Of a stretch of DNA of 64,000 nt, positions 23,600-37,653 are shown one piece after another (position 1 is the first letter of the stretch; every line of letters starts with the position of its first letter). The notes beneath the pieces are model-generated. The model saw only the letters and a list, made by a program, of their open reading frames with translations, did no database searches and was not told the DNA's origin. Both the position numbers and the translations under genes were made by a program. The stretch comes from Octopus sinensis (Eukaryota), in NCBI RefSeq assembly GCF_006345805.1, contig NC_043007.1, positions 10,292,001 to 10,356,000 of the forward strand. Reading direction: 5' to 3'.

Positions 23600-26548
23600 G
23601 AGGAAAGGAGGGAAAAAAAAAAAAAAAAATGTCCGGAGATAAAACTATCAACAAAAAAAATACAGACGAATATAGATCTGCTAGTCTTAAGAAGCGGCGC
23701 TATGAGCAATGCTTACATGTAGTGAACCCTAAACTGACAGAGCCATCTCCTAATATAAGAATGGATGCTCGTCATGCTTCAAGGTCAACAATCAAACAAT
23801 AAACCCATTGGTCATTGCGCGGATTACAAAAGACCACGTACCCGAAAATTGAACCAAATCCTGATTGAAAAATCAGTTACTGGATCAAATCTTCCCAACA
23901 CACAGGAGCTGGACGAACCCCACAACCGGAATATTCCAACAGATGGCCATCCATGCTCATCACCAAATAATCAAAAGAAAAAGAAGGAAAAATGGTCTAG
24001 GAAGATAATAAAGAAGTTCTTGAGGCCTTCTACCATGCCATATATTTCCCCACAGATAAGTCTAGCACTGTACAAGCATACTTAAACTGGAGACAAAAAC
24101 CCTGAAGTAAGACCCTACATAGACAGTAACAAGCTTGCCAATGTTAGAAAAACATTATAAAAAAGAAATTACTGACTGAAGTAGAGATTGATCAGGTTAG
24201 ACAAGCAATATCGGATAAAATGAACGAAGCTGCAGCTAGAGAAGATAATACAGAGGAAATGATTATAGACCAGCCCAGGGCGGATAAAAACGAAGAGAGG
24301 ATTGAAAGAGTTAGTATAAGTGATAGGCAAAGTGAAATACGCCCTGAACCAATCATAACACTAAGACAGATGAGCATCAAATAGATAAAGAAAGTCACAC
24401 AAAATTGACCCAACAGAACTACATGAGCTAAAAAATCAAATCATGATTGAATGGCTGAAAATTAAAGAAACCAGCATGGATGAGCGTGATACACTTCCTA
24501 AAATCCGCAACTCTAACCAAAACATGAAAATAATTGGTAAAATCCGGCTTGCACTTAAGATATAATTTCAGTTAATGATGTTGATATCACAAACCTCAAC
24601 CACCTATACTATCATCCGCGAAAATCTCAACGATCCTATGTGGTGTAAAGATTAGAAAACGGCAACATCCCACAAAAAGCCTTCTTGGCAAGAGCGTCTG
24701 CAACAACAAATTAAAGTATTTAGATCTGACATTGAATATTTGAAAAACTTTAAGGCTCACAAGACTACCAAACCTACAAAAAACCCAAAATTACTGAAAA
24801 AATACAATATGAAAACTATACTTGATATTGATGCCACCATAGAAACCATCAAACAAAGGTATCTCCAAAGCTGCCCGCATAGCGAGTATGAAAAGCGTGT
24901 TAGATTTTTCAAGGACAACAACATGTTCAAAAATAACACCAAGAATTTTTACAGGAAGATAGGAAAAACAGCGTTTACTGCAGGGTCTGTACCATCAAAA
25001 GAAGAAGTGCAGAGATTTTGGAATAAAATCTGGGCAGAAGAAAACAACACAACGAAGAGGCCCCCTGGATTGACAGAATATCTACAGAACTGGACCCCTT
25101 AGAAGAGCAAAAGTAGGAGGGTGTCAAGGTAGAAGATATAAGATCTGCTCTCAGGAGGTCAAGCAAATGGAAGTCTCCAGGAAAGGATAAAATTCCTAAC
25201 TTCTGGCTGAATGCCTTCCCAGAGAGCCATGAACTGCTAACAGAACTGTACAATGATGTTTTGCAACACCCTAGTAGGATGCCTCCTTGGCTAGTTAATG
25301 GGTTAACATTCCTGCTTCCAAAAAGTGAAGAAACAAATGAACCAAAAAACTATAGACCCATAACCTGCTTAACAACTATGTACAAAACACTAACATCTGT
25401 CCTGACGGAATATACCTATAGTTTTTTAACAGACAGCAGCATATTCCCTAATGAACAGAAAGGATGTAAACGTGGATCCTACGGCTGTAAGACCAACTAC
25501 TCATCAATAAGATGATCTTAGAAGATTGTCACAAACGACACAAAAACTTATCAATAGCTGGATAGACTATAAAAAGGCTTTTGATAGCCTACCACATAGC
25601 TGGATTAGGAAATGCCTTGAAATGTATAAGATAGCACCAACTCTGCGAAACTTCTTGACTGTAAGTATGAGATCATGGAGAACCACACTAACTCTGAACA
25701 GTGACAGTGAATCCCTAAATGCTGGTGATGTAAAAATTTCGTGTGGCATTTTCCAGGGTGACTCACTGTCACCACTCCTCTTTTGTTTATCCTTAATACC
25801 TCTCTCAAAGCTGCTCAATGACGCGCAGTACGGGTATAAAATGTTTGATAAAAATATAAATCATCTCGTTTACATGGATGATTTAAAGCTTTTTGCAAAA
25901 ATGATCAACAACTCAAGGGCTTACTAGCGATAGTCAAACAATTCAGTGACGACATCAGAATGCAATTCGGCCTCGATAAATGTGCAAAGGCTACCTTTAT
26001 CAAAGGAAAAATGACAGAAACATCTAACGTTAACCTTGACCAACAGAATGTCATAAAAGAACTAGACCCAGCGGAGAGCTACAAGTACCTAGGGGTAATT
26101 GAAGGGAACGGAATAAGGCATACCAAAAACTGAGCAAATATAAGATCTTGAAATAGAATCAGCAAAATGTGGAAGCTGAAGACTAAAACAATACCTGTTG
26201 TCATAGGTGCCCTGGGAATGATAGCAAAAGGGGCTGATAGCTACCTACTCAGATACCAGGAAACCCAAAAATGGCAGAAGTTCAAAAGATAGTGCTCATG
26301 GGAATTGCTCATATCCTACGCAAAATACTCTCTATGTAACCTCAAGGTTTAAAACAACCATAATTTTCGGTTTAAAAAAAAAAAAACTTTTTTTTTTTAG
26401 ACATCCATTAGTAAAACATCCCCACCCCCCCCAAATATATGGCACACTAGGCATAACAACAACATGAACTTCCAACCCTGTTGTCTTTGAGGTCTCTGGG
26501 TGAGACTTGGAGCCAACTTGTACAAATATAAAGCAAAAGTCAAACATA

Positions 26549-26617
<69 letters not shown>
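23600..26617 (+). mobile_element. Degenerate near-full-length R4/Dong-like LINE
   Basis: KSPGKDKIPNFW, NYRPITCL, EQKGCKRGSYGCK, WIDYKKAFDSLPHSWI, GIFQGDSLSPLLF, YMDDLKLF; internal deletion near 26110; ends KIVLMGIAHILRKILSM*, UTR and (TAA)n tail. Confidence 0.9.
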
Positions 26618-26618
<1 letters not shown>

Positions 26619-26961
26619 GAGATATAAAACAGTAACGAGATATAATGTCCTGTCTATCATCTATGATACATAGAACATATTTTTCTTCATCCATGTACAT
26701 CATAAACAATACACATTTCCAATGTTTTCTAAGTACTTGTTCCTTATAAAAGGAAAGCTTTATATTACTCAAGAGATATGAAACAATGGCTAACTAAAAG
26801 TCTGAAAACAAGTATGAACGTTTGGAACAAACATATGAAAATGCTTTGGATAAGGAAATAGATAAGGTGTAGTTGGAGAGGTAATTATTAATGGTGCCTA
26901 CCGCATTTCTTTGTCATAAAAAAAAACTTCTTTGAATATACACAATGAACTAAAACAAGAT

Positions 26962-27060
26962 ACTTACACAGAAAGTATAGATCCCTGCGGTAGCTGTGGA
27001 GATTCACAGTAAATATAACACGACTTCAATAACAATGACAATAGTATGAAGCTAAAGCAA
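26962..27060 (-). other. Putative non-coding first exon end and 5' splice donor for GPCR1
   Basis: Minus strand CTGT|GTAAGT at 26967; block homologous to 49467-49560, 58408-58500 and 62913-63000. Confidence 0.55.
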
Positions 27061-27087
27061 CGATACTCACAACACAAGAAGCTAAAG

Positions 27088-27167
<80 letters not shown>

Positions 27168-28329
27168 TGAGTGTGTGTGCTTGTCTCTGTGTCTGTGTGT
27201 GTAAATGAAGCTATACACATGTACACACCCACATACTTAATGCGATCCAACATTGTAATTAGCACTAACATCCGTGAAATACAAACCGCGTGTTTTCCTG
27301 ATACTTGTTTGGAATATCCTGCTGTGCTAAAGAATAATACATTGTTATATCAGAGAACAATAACAAGGTGAAGTCGTCCAATTCAACAACTTACAGTTAT
27401 CTAACGAGTGATCCACTACACGGTTACTAATCTGCGAGTAATTGCGACCAGATCACCTTCAAATCACATCTTACGGTATTAAATAATTCTATACTGAACA
27501 ATGTAGATCGTAATGTACAAAAGTTGGAATGGTCTGCGTCTTCTCAATCAAGGTCGACGTGATTCACAATTGTATAACATAGAAAAAAAAGGCTCTATCC
27601 CACTGAAAGCTATCAGAGAAGAACTGACAATACATCAAGATAAATACACTTTAACATGTAGAAAGACCACCATATAACAAATAATCAGCTAGACATCATT
27701 TTCCACCAGGGACATTACAATAGTGTAGTTATAATCGACATAGGATGCATAGATTGCTGTGTGATTATCTGGTTGATAACTGATTAAGAATTAGGGACCT
27801 TCTGTGTCTGTCTTCTGTCCGTTTGTGCACTCAATATGCGTTATGTTTTTTACATTTCGTTTGTGTACTTACTATACATTTTTTCACCTATTAAGTAACG
27901 GAACGCAACGCAGCCTGGCTTTTATTAACAGTAATTTATTTATATAGACGTAGGTCTATTTTTCTAGCCTTTTTCCTTTGTCCTTTTTCTCTTTCTCGTC
28001 CTCTTACTTCTATTTCTAGCCTTTCTTCTCTCTCCTTCTTTTCCTCTGTACTCCTTCCCTTTTCTCTTAGTTTCTGTCACTCTCTCTATCCCTCTCTCTT
28101 GTCCCTTTTCTCCTCTGCCTTCTGCTGAAACGTGACCCATGGCCAACCTTTCTTTCTTTCCCTTTTTTAGGCTAGTCACGTAGCCGACCGGTCTTAAATT
28201 CTCTGTGTCCTATTGGTACACGTATTGCTTTTTGTTGCCTCAATCCTTTAGGATTGCCCTCTAAGCGTTACTCACCATTCGTGTTCTTTTGGACCTGAGG
28301 CTGTATTCTGTTCGGTTCAGTTCCTATCG

Positions 28330-28690
28330 TGGTCGTTTTATAGGACGCTTCAAGCTGGATTAGATCTCTGCCGACTTCCATTCGTAGGAGACAGAGCCTG
28401 TAGACGTCTGATTTTGGGTGGTTTCTTGGTCTTTATGTCCATACGCTGGAGATCACTTAGATTCCAGTTGATGACAGTAAAACTAAACTGGACAACAGGT
28501 ACCGCCAGGGATTTTACAGCTGAAATTCTATTCTGAGAATTCAACTCAGTATTCAGGTCCGTTCAGGCACGTCTAAAATACTTTTTCTTGATCTTCTCTT
28601 TCATTGATCTGCGTTGAATCCCTTTCTCTTTGTATATCCCAAGATACCTATAGAAAACTTCTAGGTTCAGGTCTTTGATAGATGAACCAT
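28330..28690 (-). mobile_element. R4/Dong-like LINE fragment
   Basis: FYRYLGI...MKEKIKKKYFRR...NSQNRISAVKSLAVPVVQFSF. Confidence 0.75.
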
Positions 28691-28709
28691 GATCAAGTTG
28701 GGTCGTGGT

Positions 28710-29205
28710 ATTATTGTTATTATTGAGTGAGAGAATAGTGCATTCCATCAAAGTGAAACTGGAGCAAAATATACAATTCCCAGTATACCCGTCATCACTA
28801 CCCGTCTGATAAGGGTACACCAGGTACATGCATCACAACCAAATGTGCGTGACATGGCGATCTCATATCAAGATAAAAAACAGCGTATGACCTTGCCTAG
28901 TTAGAATTTTCTTCAGGTCGAGTAGCCCATCCCGCTCAAAATGTCCCTGAATAAGGGTTGTTTAAGAATGTTGAACGAAACAACCATGTTTACAAAGGTG
29001 AATTATCCAAACTCCAAAGAAACCCTCTCAGCACATGGCTATGATGCTCTCCCACTACTTTGCTCGTGATCAAAGATGCATATATCATCAGCCCCAAAGG
29101 ACATGCTCAACTGGCTAAGGTCAAATAACTGACAAGTAAATCTGTGGTATTGAGCGAATATTTACTGTAGCCCATTTTTTATACCAAGACAAAACAATGT
29201 ACATG
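28710..29205 (-). mobile_element. Non-autonomous (TAA)n-tailed element, reverse copy
   Basis: Reverse complement of 22092-22585 with a short (TAA)n tail at about 28710-28722. Confidence 0.75.
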
Positions 29206-29249
29206 ATAACACTTCCAATCAGTTAAAATCAGAAGCCATGAGAGCCACT

Positions 29250-29275
29250 GCCTGGTACTGCTATTATTATTGTTG

Positions 29276-29306
<31 letters not shown>

Positions 29307-31234
29307 ATTATTATTATTATTATTATATTATTATTATTATTATCATTATTCAGTAGTTTTATTTTTATAGTGTGCTTTCACTTCACTACCGAGCGCAGCT
29401 CTGTGTGCCTTGGGTATGTGCTGTGATTTGTTGTGATGCTCTGATGGTTATTGTATGGAAAGTGTTCTGCGTAGGATGTGTGCAGTGCCTAGTAGTGCAA
29501 TTTTCTGTATGTTATATGTGTTTGTAAGTCCTGGTGTTTTTGTTATGTATTTGTCTGAATATTTTTTTATCATGCCTAATGCACCTACTATGATAGGAAT
29601 TGTTTCTGTTTTCAGATTCCACATTCTAGTTACCTCTATTTCCAGGTCTTTGTATTTTGAGAGTTTCTCCATTTCTTTTAGATACACGTTGTCATCTGCC
29701 GGTATTGATACATCAATTAGAAAGCATTTTTTTCTTCATGATCTCTGACAACTATATCTGGTCTGTTGACCTTAATTTCTCTATCTGTGTGTATCGGCAT
29801 ATCCCAGTGTATGGTTGCTTTCTCGTTTTCTGTGACCTTTTCTGGTGTGTGCCTATACCATCTTTTTTCTGTTGTTATTCCATAATGTTGGCATAGCTTC
29901 CAATGTATGTAGGTTCCAACTCTGTCATGTCTGTGAATATATTCCTTCTTAGCCAGGACTCGGCAGCTAGAGATAATATGATTTATTGTTTCTTGTCCAT
30001 CTCCACATATTCTGCAGTTACTTGTAATATTTCTTTTCATTACATGTTTTTGGTAATTTCTGGTGGGGAGGCTTTGGTCTTGTGCTGCAATTAAAAATCC
30101 TCTGTTTCTGCTTTGAGTCCTGAGCTTCTCAACCATTGCTGGGATTTTTCTTTGTCTATTTCTTTTGCGTTTAGTTTAGTGCAGTATTTACCATGAAGGG
30201 GCTTTTCTTGCCATCGTTTTATCATGGTTCGTTGCTGTTCTATTTTTAGTTTGGATTTCATTTGTTTTATAGTTTTTGTTGTTTCTTCATCATCTTCTTC
30301 TTCTTCTTCGTGTTTATTAGGTGGTATGATTTCTTGTTTGTATTTGTCAGCTTCCTTAAATACTGAGAACAGTTTTTTGTTTTGCTTGTGTTTTGCTGCT
30401 ATCTGGATCAGTTTTCCTTCCTTCTGAAGTAGATATTTTTGCAGTCCTATGGTGGTTATTTTATAGTAGTTTTCCAGCTGTATAAGGCCTCTACCACCTT
30501 CTATACGTTGTATATATAGTCTTTCTATGTCAGATTTTGGGTGATGCATCCTAGGTCCTGTCATTATTTTTCTTGTTTTCCTATCTATTTTGGACAGTTC
30601 ATTTCGTGTCCAGTTAAGGATATAGTAGCTGTAACTTATAACTGGGACAGCTAAAGTGTTGATACCTATTATCTTGTTTTTAGCATTGAGCTCTGTTTTT
30701 AGTATTGATCTAACTCGTCTATAATATTCTTTTTTTATTTTCTCTTTCATTTGTGTGTGTTGTGTCTTATCTAGTTCATGGATTCCTAAGTATTTGTAAG
30801 TTTGGCTTTGGTCTAATTATTTTATTTCATTGGTTTTATCTAGTGTGATGTGTTACTCTTAACTAGTTTTCCTCTTTTAATGGTTACTTTGGCGCATTTT
30901 TCTAATCCAAATTTCATATCTATTTCTTTGGTAAATCCATGAACTGTCTTTAATAGTGTTTCCAGCTGTTTGTCATTTGCAGCGTATAGTTTTAGGTCAT
31001 CCATATATAAAAGGTGGCTGATCGTTTTGCCGTAACATTTATATCCGCATCCAGTTCTATTTAGCATATCAGATAGAGGTGACATAGAGTGCTCTATGAA
31101 TTTTATGATTGTTGGTGCTACTTTGTTAATGGCTAGTGTTTCGAGGATCCATGTGTGGGGGATGCTATCAAACGCCTTTTTGTAGTCAATCCAGGCCATA
31201 CTGAGGCCTTTCTTCTTTCTGTGGCTGTCTTCAG

Positions 31235-31237
<3 letters not shown>
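29250..31237 (-). mobile_element. 5'-truncated, internally deleted R4/Dong-like LINE
   Basis: AWIDYKKAFDSIPH, LYMDDLKLY, GGRGL, KPLHG, CRICG..ETINHIISSC, RPDIVV, KYKDLEIEV, KIALLGTAHILRR; (TAA)n on both sides. Confidence 0.9.
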
Positions 31238-31266
<29 letters not shown>

Positions 31267-31269
31267 CAG

Positions 31270-31320
<51 letters not shown>

Positions 31321-31370
31321 TGTCGTCGTCGTCGTCATCGTCATCATCATCATCATTATTATTATTATTA

Positions 31371-31411
<41 letters not shown>

Positions 31412-31442
31412 TTAATTTTTTATTGTTGTTACTGTTACAGTT

Positions 31443-31486
<44 letters not shown>

Positions 31487-31499
31487 TATTATAATAACA

Positions 31500-33330
31500 A
31501 TATACGCTCATCAGATTAGACTGTTGGAAAAAATCCTAACAAGGGTTACAAGTATTCTTAGATGCCATGACCCCTCCTAAGAATCCCAGCTGTCCTTGAT
31601 AACACTGTTTTCTGGAACTGCACTAAACTGGGTTTTATGCCTTTTCCCTCTACCTACTTTGCTATTTTTTCTATACTTCTCATATACATGTTTTCACCAT
31701 TTGGGACTGTAATGTCAATTATTTGGCCCTTTCTATTCTCATTATCTACTTTTACCAAATCAGACCTTCTAGCTCCCATTACTCTGTCAGTCTGAATGTT
31801 GAAGTCCCACAACATCTTGTATTTCTTACTTTCTAGTACTTTACTAGGTTCATACTCATATCATTTATTAGCATATTCAAATCCTAGCTTTCTACACCGC
31901 TCCGAGTGGATTACTCTCCCTGCTGTGTTGTCATGTCTTTTCTTGTATTCTTTCTGTACCAGGCTGCTACATCAATTTACTATATGAATTGCGCTTTCCT
32001 CTTTTGCTTTGCATAACCTACATTGGGAATCTACTTGATTTTCGTCTATCTTGGCTATTATCCAATTAGTCCTTAATGCTTGATCTTGTGCAGTTACTAA
32101 CAAACTTTCTGTCTCCCTTTTCAGCGCTTTCCTTTCTGCAACCATAACCATGTCTCACTACTACTATTTGCTGCAACTATCTTTGGGAATCTACCACGCA
32201 ACGCCTTCTCCTGCCAGTCAGATCATTTCTCTTCCTTATTCAGGTTTTTATGTTCGTTTGGTATTTTAGTTTCCCTATATCTTGCTATGACTCTAACAGC
32301 TTTTAATAAATTTTCTTCATTATTACCTACATAGGAGTCTATATCTACACTAGTTAACTCTATGCAGTCTTCTACTGATATTAACTGTCTTCCGCCTTCC
32401 TTTCCAGGTACGTATAATATTTCTACTCCTAACGTTGGTTGGAGTCCTCCATTCATATTGAATTCTTTCCTAGTTCTTCTGTCTAGCTTTGCTAATTCAG
32501 TTTTTGTCCAATCTACAAAAGCTGCTGAGTATCTAAGTAATGGTACTGCCTAAGTATTTACAGCTTTCACTAGATTCGAACCATTTAGCTTTGATTTCAT
32601 TAGCTTCTTCACCCTTCTGATGTACTCCTCAATTTTCGCTTTCATTTCTATAGTTAGCATTCTGTCAGATTCTAACACTCCTACATACTTATAACTCTTC
32701 CCCTTTCAAGGATTTTAATGTCTGGCCATCTGGTAATTGGATGCCTTCCTTATTGACTACTTGTCCCTTTCTCATGACTAATATTGTACACTTATCTATG
32801 CCAAATTCCGTATCTATATCTTTGCTGAAGAATCTTACTGTCTGTATTAAGGAATCTATCTCTTCATTCTTACTAAAAAGCTTCAGATCATCCATGTAGA
32901 GCAAATGTTTAATTTTTCCTTTACTATTTCTACCCTACCTTTGCCTTGAGGGGGATCAAACATAAGACAAATATTAAAGGGGATAACAAGTTCCTGCGGA
33001 AAATTCCTCTTTTGATGTTAACTTTCCCTAAGAGTGTGCCATCTGAGTAGAGATCTACTTTCCATTTCTTCATGCTATAGCTAATTAATTCTATTATGTT
33101 GTCTACTATACTGAAAATACTCAAATATTCACTTATCCATGAGTGTGGGATCATGTCAAAGGCTTTCCTATAATCTATCCATATTATTGTTAGATTTTCT
33201 TTCTAGCCTTTACTTCATTTAGAATTGCCTTGTCTATGCATAATAGAATATATATTCCTCTAGTCTTCTTCCTGCAACCTTTTTGTCTTGTGGCAGTAAA
33301 TTTTGGTCGTCAAGGTGTTCGTAAATGCTT
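31500..33330 (-). mobile_element. Degenerate R4/Dong-like LINE (same subfamily as 18820-20600)
   Basis: LYMDDLKLF, GIFR..LLSPLIFVL, EGGRQL; 3' part matches 18820-19110 and 20086-20600. Confidence 0.85.
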
Positions 33331-33412
33331 CTTGAAACCATTCCTGTCAACAGCTTCCACACTAATGGTAAGCAAGTGACTTCATGGTATCCTTATGTCG
33401 TCCTTAAAGCCT

Positions 33413-33483
<71 letters not shown>

Positions 33484-33484
33484 A

Positions 33485-33650
33485 TACGACCAGCTTCTTT
33501 CAGTTCCGTCTAGAAAATCCAGTCACAAGGGTTTGGTCGACCCGAGGCAATAGTAGAAGGCACTTGCCCAAGGTGCCATGCAAGTGGGACTGAACCCAGA
33601 ACTACGCGGTTGATAAGAAAGCTACTTATCACAAAGCCACTGCTGCGACT
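33485..33650 (-). mobile_element. SINE family B 5' half
   Basis: Reverse complement of the head and core of 4495-4872. Confidence 0.7.
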
Positions 33651-33705
33651 ATATATATACATACAAACAAACTACATACATACACACACACATAAACGAA
33701 TATTA

Positions 33706-34062
33706 TGTTAGGAGAAGACTTTCTGCGTATATAAGTAAATAAGTGAAATGCATAAATATTCAATTGGTATGTGTGTGCGTGTGTGTGTGTATATATTATT
33801 GTCTCGTCGATACTGTTGTGTTCTTTGACTCACTGTATATGCCACTTTATAACGTGGACTTATAACAAGGTTATAACAATACAAATATAAATCAGAAACA
33901 ACACGTAACAAACAATATCTCTTCTCGACGATGTCTGTGACTGCCTTCACAAAGCAACTGCACAAACCACACTGTCCGTCACTGTCATTGCACAGGAGCC
34001 TTTATACGATTTAGGAGAGTTGACTTGATATCCCACAGGGGTGTCAGGATTTCACCACAACA
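33706..34062 (-). mobile_element. Putative 3' LTR of Gypsy element
   Basis: Minus strand TGTT...AACA termini, immediately preceded by polypurine tract AAAAAGGGGGGA (34063-34074); lies downstream of the pol remnant. Confidence 0.6.
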
Positions 34063-34299
34063 TCCCCCCTTTTTGAGTTCTTCTTTTTTTTTTATCTTTA
34101 TTATCAATGCTCCCCACTTTTTTCTTTTTCAATTCCCCAGGAAAAAAATTGGAATCACTTTTTCGTTTTGGGTCTACTTGCAAAATTTCTGTTTGCTTTC
34201 TCTTCCTAGTCGCTGTAATCATTTGTTCGATTATTCCTTGATATATCGGAACGTCTAAAATGTCATAAAGAAATTCCATTGGTTTTTCATATCTTATTC

Positions 34300-36470
34300 T
34301 TTCTTCCGTAAAGCTTTATTTCAGTTGGTTATTTTTCCTAAACGTTTACTCACCATACCTTCTTTCCAACTTTCTTTTCTGTTTCTGAATATTAAGAAAA
34401 AAAACCTTGTCACCGATTCTGAAGGATATCATCTTATTTCCGATGTTTCTTTCCATTTTTTTCTTTTCTTCCTGGTAGTAATTTGTCAAACACTGACCTG
34501 ACTTTCCTGGCGAACATTAGTTCAACCAGCCACATACCTGATGTGGTGTTGGGGTTAGGTGTTATTCGGTAGACACTTAAGAATTGCGTCAATGCAGTAT
34601 CAGTTAGTAATTCATTTGTAGATTTTTTTCAGTGCCCTGTATCTACGAAACGTTCCGCTAGTCCACTCGACCTCGGATGGTCTGGTGGAGTAGTAATATG
34701 CCCCATTGCATGCGTTTTTTGAAAGTTTTAAAATTCCTTCGACGTGAACTGTGTTCCGTTACCCGACACTATAGTGTCTGGGATTCTATATCGCGCAAAA
34801 TGTTCATCCAGAAATTCCATCGTTACTTTGTAGGTTGGCTTCCTACATTTACATATTTCCGGCCATTTCATGTAACTATCCATGACTATTGGATAATACC
34901 CTCCATTTAACGGTCTTGCGAAATTTATGTGTAATCTTGACCAAGGTAGGTCAGTGTTAGGCCAAGGTTGAATTTTAGCAGGTGGTGCTTTTGCTGCCAG
35001 GGCACAACCCCTGCAGGCTTTCACCAATTTTGTAATATCCTGATCCATATTCGGCGAGTAAACATAGCTTCTCATCAATGCTTTTATTCTCAAGATTCTT
35101 GGATGTCCCATGTAGAATTCTTTTAACATTTGCAACCCTCTGAGCGCACATAAGAACGTTGTCGCATATCGAATATCATTTCGAAACTGTGTTACGCTCG
35201 GTTACATGAGTTTTTGTATTTGTTTCAAACTTCACTACTTTTTTCATTTTTATTATGAACGCATCCTTTTCTGCTTTAATTTTTATTTCTTCTAAAGTGA
35301 CAGGTAGTTCGCGTATATTTTTTATTTCGATTTCAGCTTTTAATGCCGCTATTATTGTGTCCTCAAACGGTTCATTGTATTTAGGTATCAATCCTGATAG
35401 CCCATCCACATGTCCAAGAACTTTTCGATGGTAGAAATTCCATCTTTAAATCATAACTTAGCAGGATCGTCCCCCAGCGCTGCAATCGGTTGGCTGTGTG
35501 TGTGTGTGGGGATACCCTTTCTCGATCAGTAAATTGATAACAATGGGCGGTGATCTGTCTGCAGACTGAATTTCCTTCCGTATATGAATTATTTGAAATT
35601 TTTTCACTTGAAAAATAATGGCTAGTACCTCCTTCTCAATTTGGCTGTAGTTTTTTCAGCAGGCAAAAATGAACATGAAGCATGAGCGATGGATTTTATG
35701 CTCCCATTTTCATACTTGAGCAAAATTACCGCCCCTATACCACTTTCGCTAGCATCTGATGCTACTATTATTTTAAAATTAGGATCAAAATGCGATAATG
35801 ACACTTCCGATATTAAAACTTTTAAAATTTCCTCGAACGCTTTTTGACACCTGTCTGACCAATACCATATTACGCCTCTTTTCAATAGGTTGTTTAGGGG
35901 TGCTCTTAGCTCATGCATGTTTGGTAATAGTTCGCGAACCCTAAGAACACTCGTGATGTAATATTTTTCGGAGTAGACATATTTTTATTGCTGTCGATCT
36001 TAAAGGATCTGGCCTGCGACCATTTTTATCGATAACTTACCCAATATACTTTATTTCTGGCATGAAAAATTTGCGTTTTTCTGCGCTAAGTTTGAATCCA
36101 TACTCCTTTATCTTCTCAAAAACCATTTTAACATGTTCCTCATGCTGGTCTCTAGACTCACTTCTTATGAGTATGTCATCAAAATATGCTATAGCAAAAT
36201 CCGTATCTGCAAGCATCGTGTCCATCACAAGGAAGTCGATTGGATTTATATAAACCTTTAAGAGTGTTTATCGTTAATAATTTCGAACAGTCTTCCTCGA
36301 CTTGTAACTGTAAATACACCTCCTTCAAGTCTTATTTTGAGAAAAAAATTCCTCCATTGAGTTTCGCGAAAATTCCTTCTGGGCTTGGTAGTGGATAATT
36401 GTATGTCCTTAAACATTCGTTCAACCCTGTTGAAAAGTCCGCTCATACTCGTATTTTGTTATTGTTTTAC
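34300..36470 (-). mobile_element. Degenerate Ty3/Gypsy pol (RT-RNaseH-integrase)
   Basis: AYFDDILI (RT), IIVASDASESGIGAV (RNase H), HP...K..MRSYVY.P.MDQDI..LVKACRGC (zinc-binding), WSRLHINFA, PDTIVSGNGTQFTS (integrase); domain order fits Gypsy; many stops. Confidence 0.9.
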
Positions 36471-36722
36471 TTTACATAAACAGTCGATACTGCCCAATCT
36501 GAATAATTCACGTTTTCGGTAACTCCTAGATTTTCTCGCCATTTCTGAGGTAATAAAACAAACTTCATAAAATTGAATTCACCACACCAAAATTAATAAA
36601 AAACACCTATTTACATCCTTGCCTCAAACCGAAAAAAATTTTGTAAACCATTATTTTGTAAATAATTATTAAAGTGGAAAAATTAGCAGAAAAGCCATTT
36701 TTATTCATTGTTTCATTGTTTC

Positions 36723-36775
<53 letters not shown>

Positions 36776-36799
36776 ATACACACACACACACACGCACAT

Positions 36800-36945
36800 A
36801 TCTTTATTTTCTCGTATTCTTTTCTGTTGAAGAGCGTAGGCTCGAAACATGAAAGACTTTCTTACTTTACTAAGCGTCAAACTAATACACCTGCTCGTTG
36901 TTCATACACCTGTCTTCGTCTTTTGTTTTTCTGTAAATTTCCGCT
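36800..36945 (+). mobile_element. Penelope-like terminal repeat, sister of 21060-21260
   Basis: CTGTTGAAGAGCGTAGGCTCGAAACATGAAAGAC and shared downstream CACCTGTCTTCG sequence. Confidence 0.5.
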
Positions 36946-36964
36946 ATACATACATACATACATA

Positions 36965-37032
<68 letters not shown>

Positions 37033-37208
37033 CATAATACATACACGTATACATATACACATATATACTATTTTAACTGTTTATATAAATATTAATACAT
37101 GTTGGACTGAAAGTCTATGCTACATGCAATGCATACTTTTATATATTCACGCGTATATGTACACGCGTTTGTATATATAAAAATCACACATTTGTATACA
37201 CCAGTACA

Positions 37209-37249
<41 letters not shown>

Positions 37250-37608
37250 GAGTGTATTTTACCTTGTTAACAATTAACACGGATAAATGAATGAATAGTT
37301 ACCAGGGCAGCAAAATCTCAAAATATATATATATACTCCTTGCATACATTCTTACTATTATAGAGCCATGAAAGAAATCGTATAATAAAGTAAAATGAAA
37401 TATATATACAAATATCTATTTATATATGCACATAAGTATACTTGTTATACACATATTTAGTTTTTCTAAAGACAGAAATAATATAAAGTATTAATAAACA
37501 AAAATACATGCACATATATACACGTCTTACAGAAATAGATAATAAAATATGATGAAGTTAAAAAAATAAAATATGATGTACTGAGATTTTGCTAAAATAG
37601 AATATTGC

Positions 37609-37653
<45 letters not shown>

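Noticed and set aside
27400-27620. Conserved upstream block (also 50320-50520, 59250-59460, 63390-63600) as a shared enhancer
   Set aside because: Part of it resembles a dispersed repeat (similar sequence near 7620-7670), so conservation may reflect an ancestral insertion copied with the unit.
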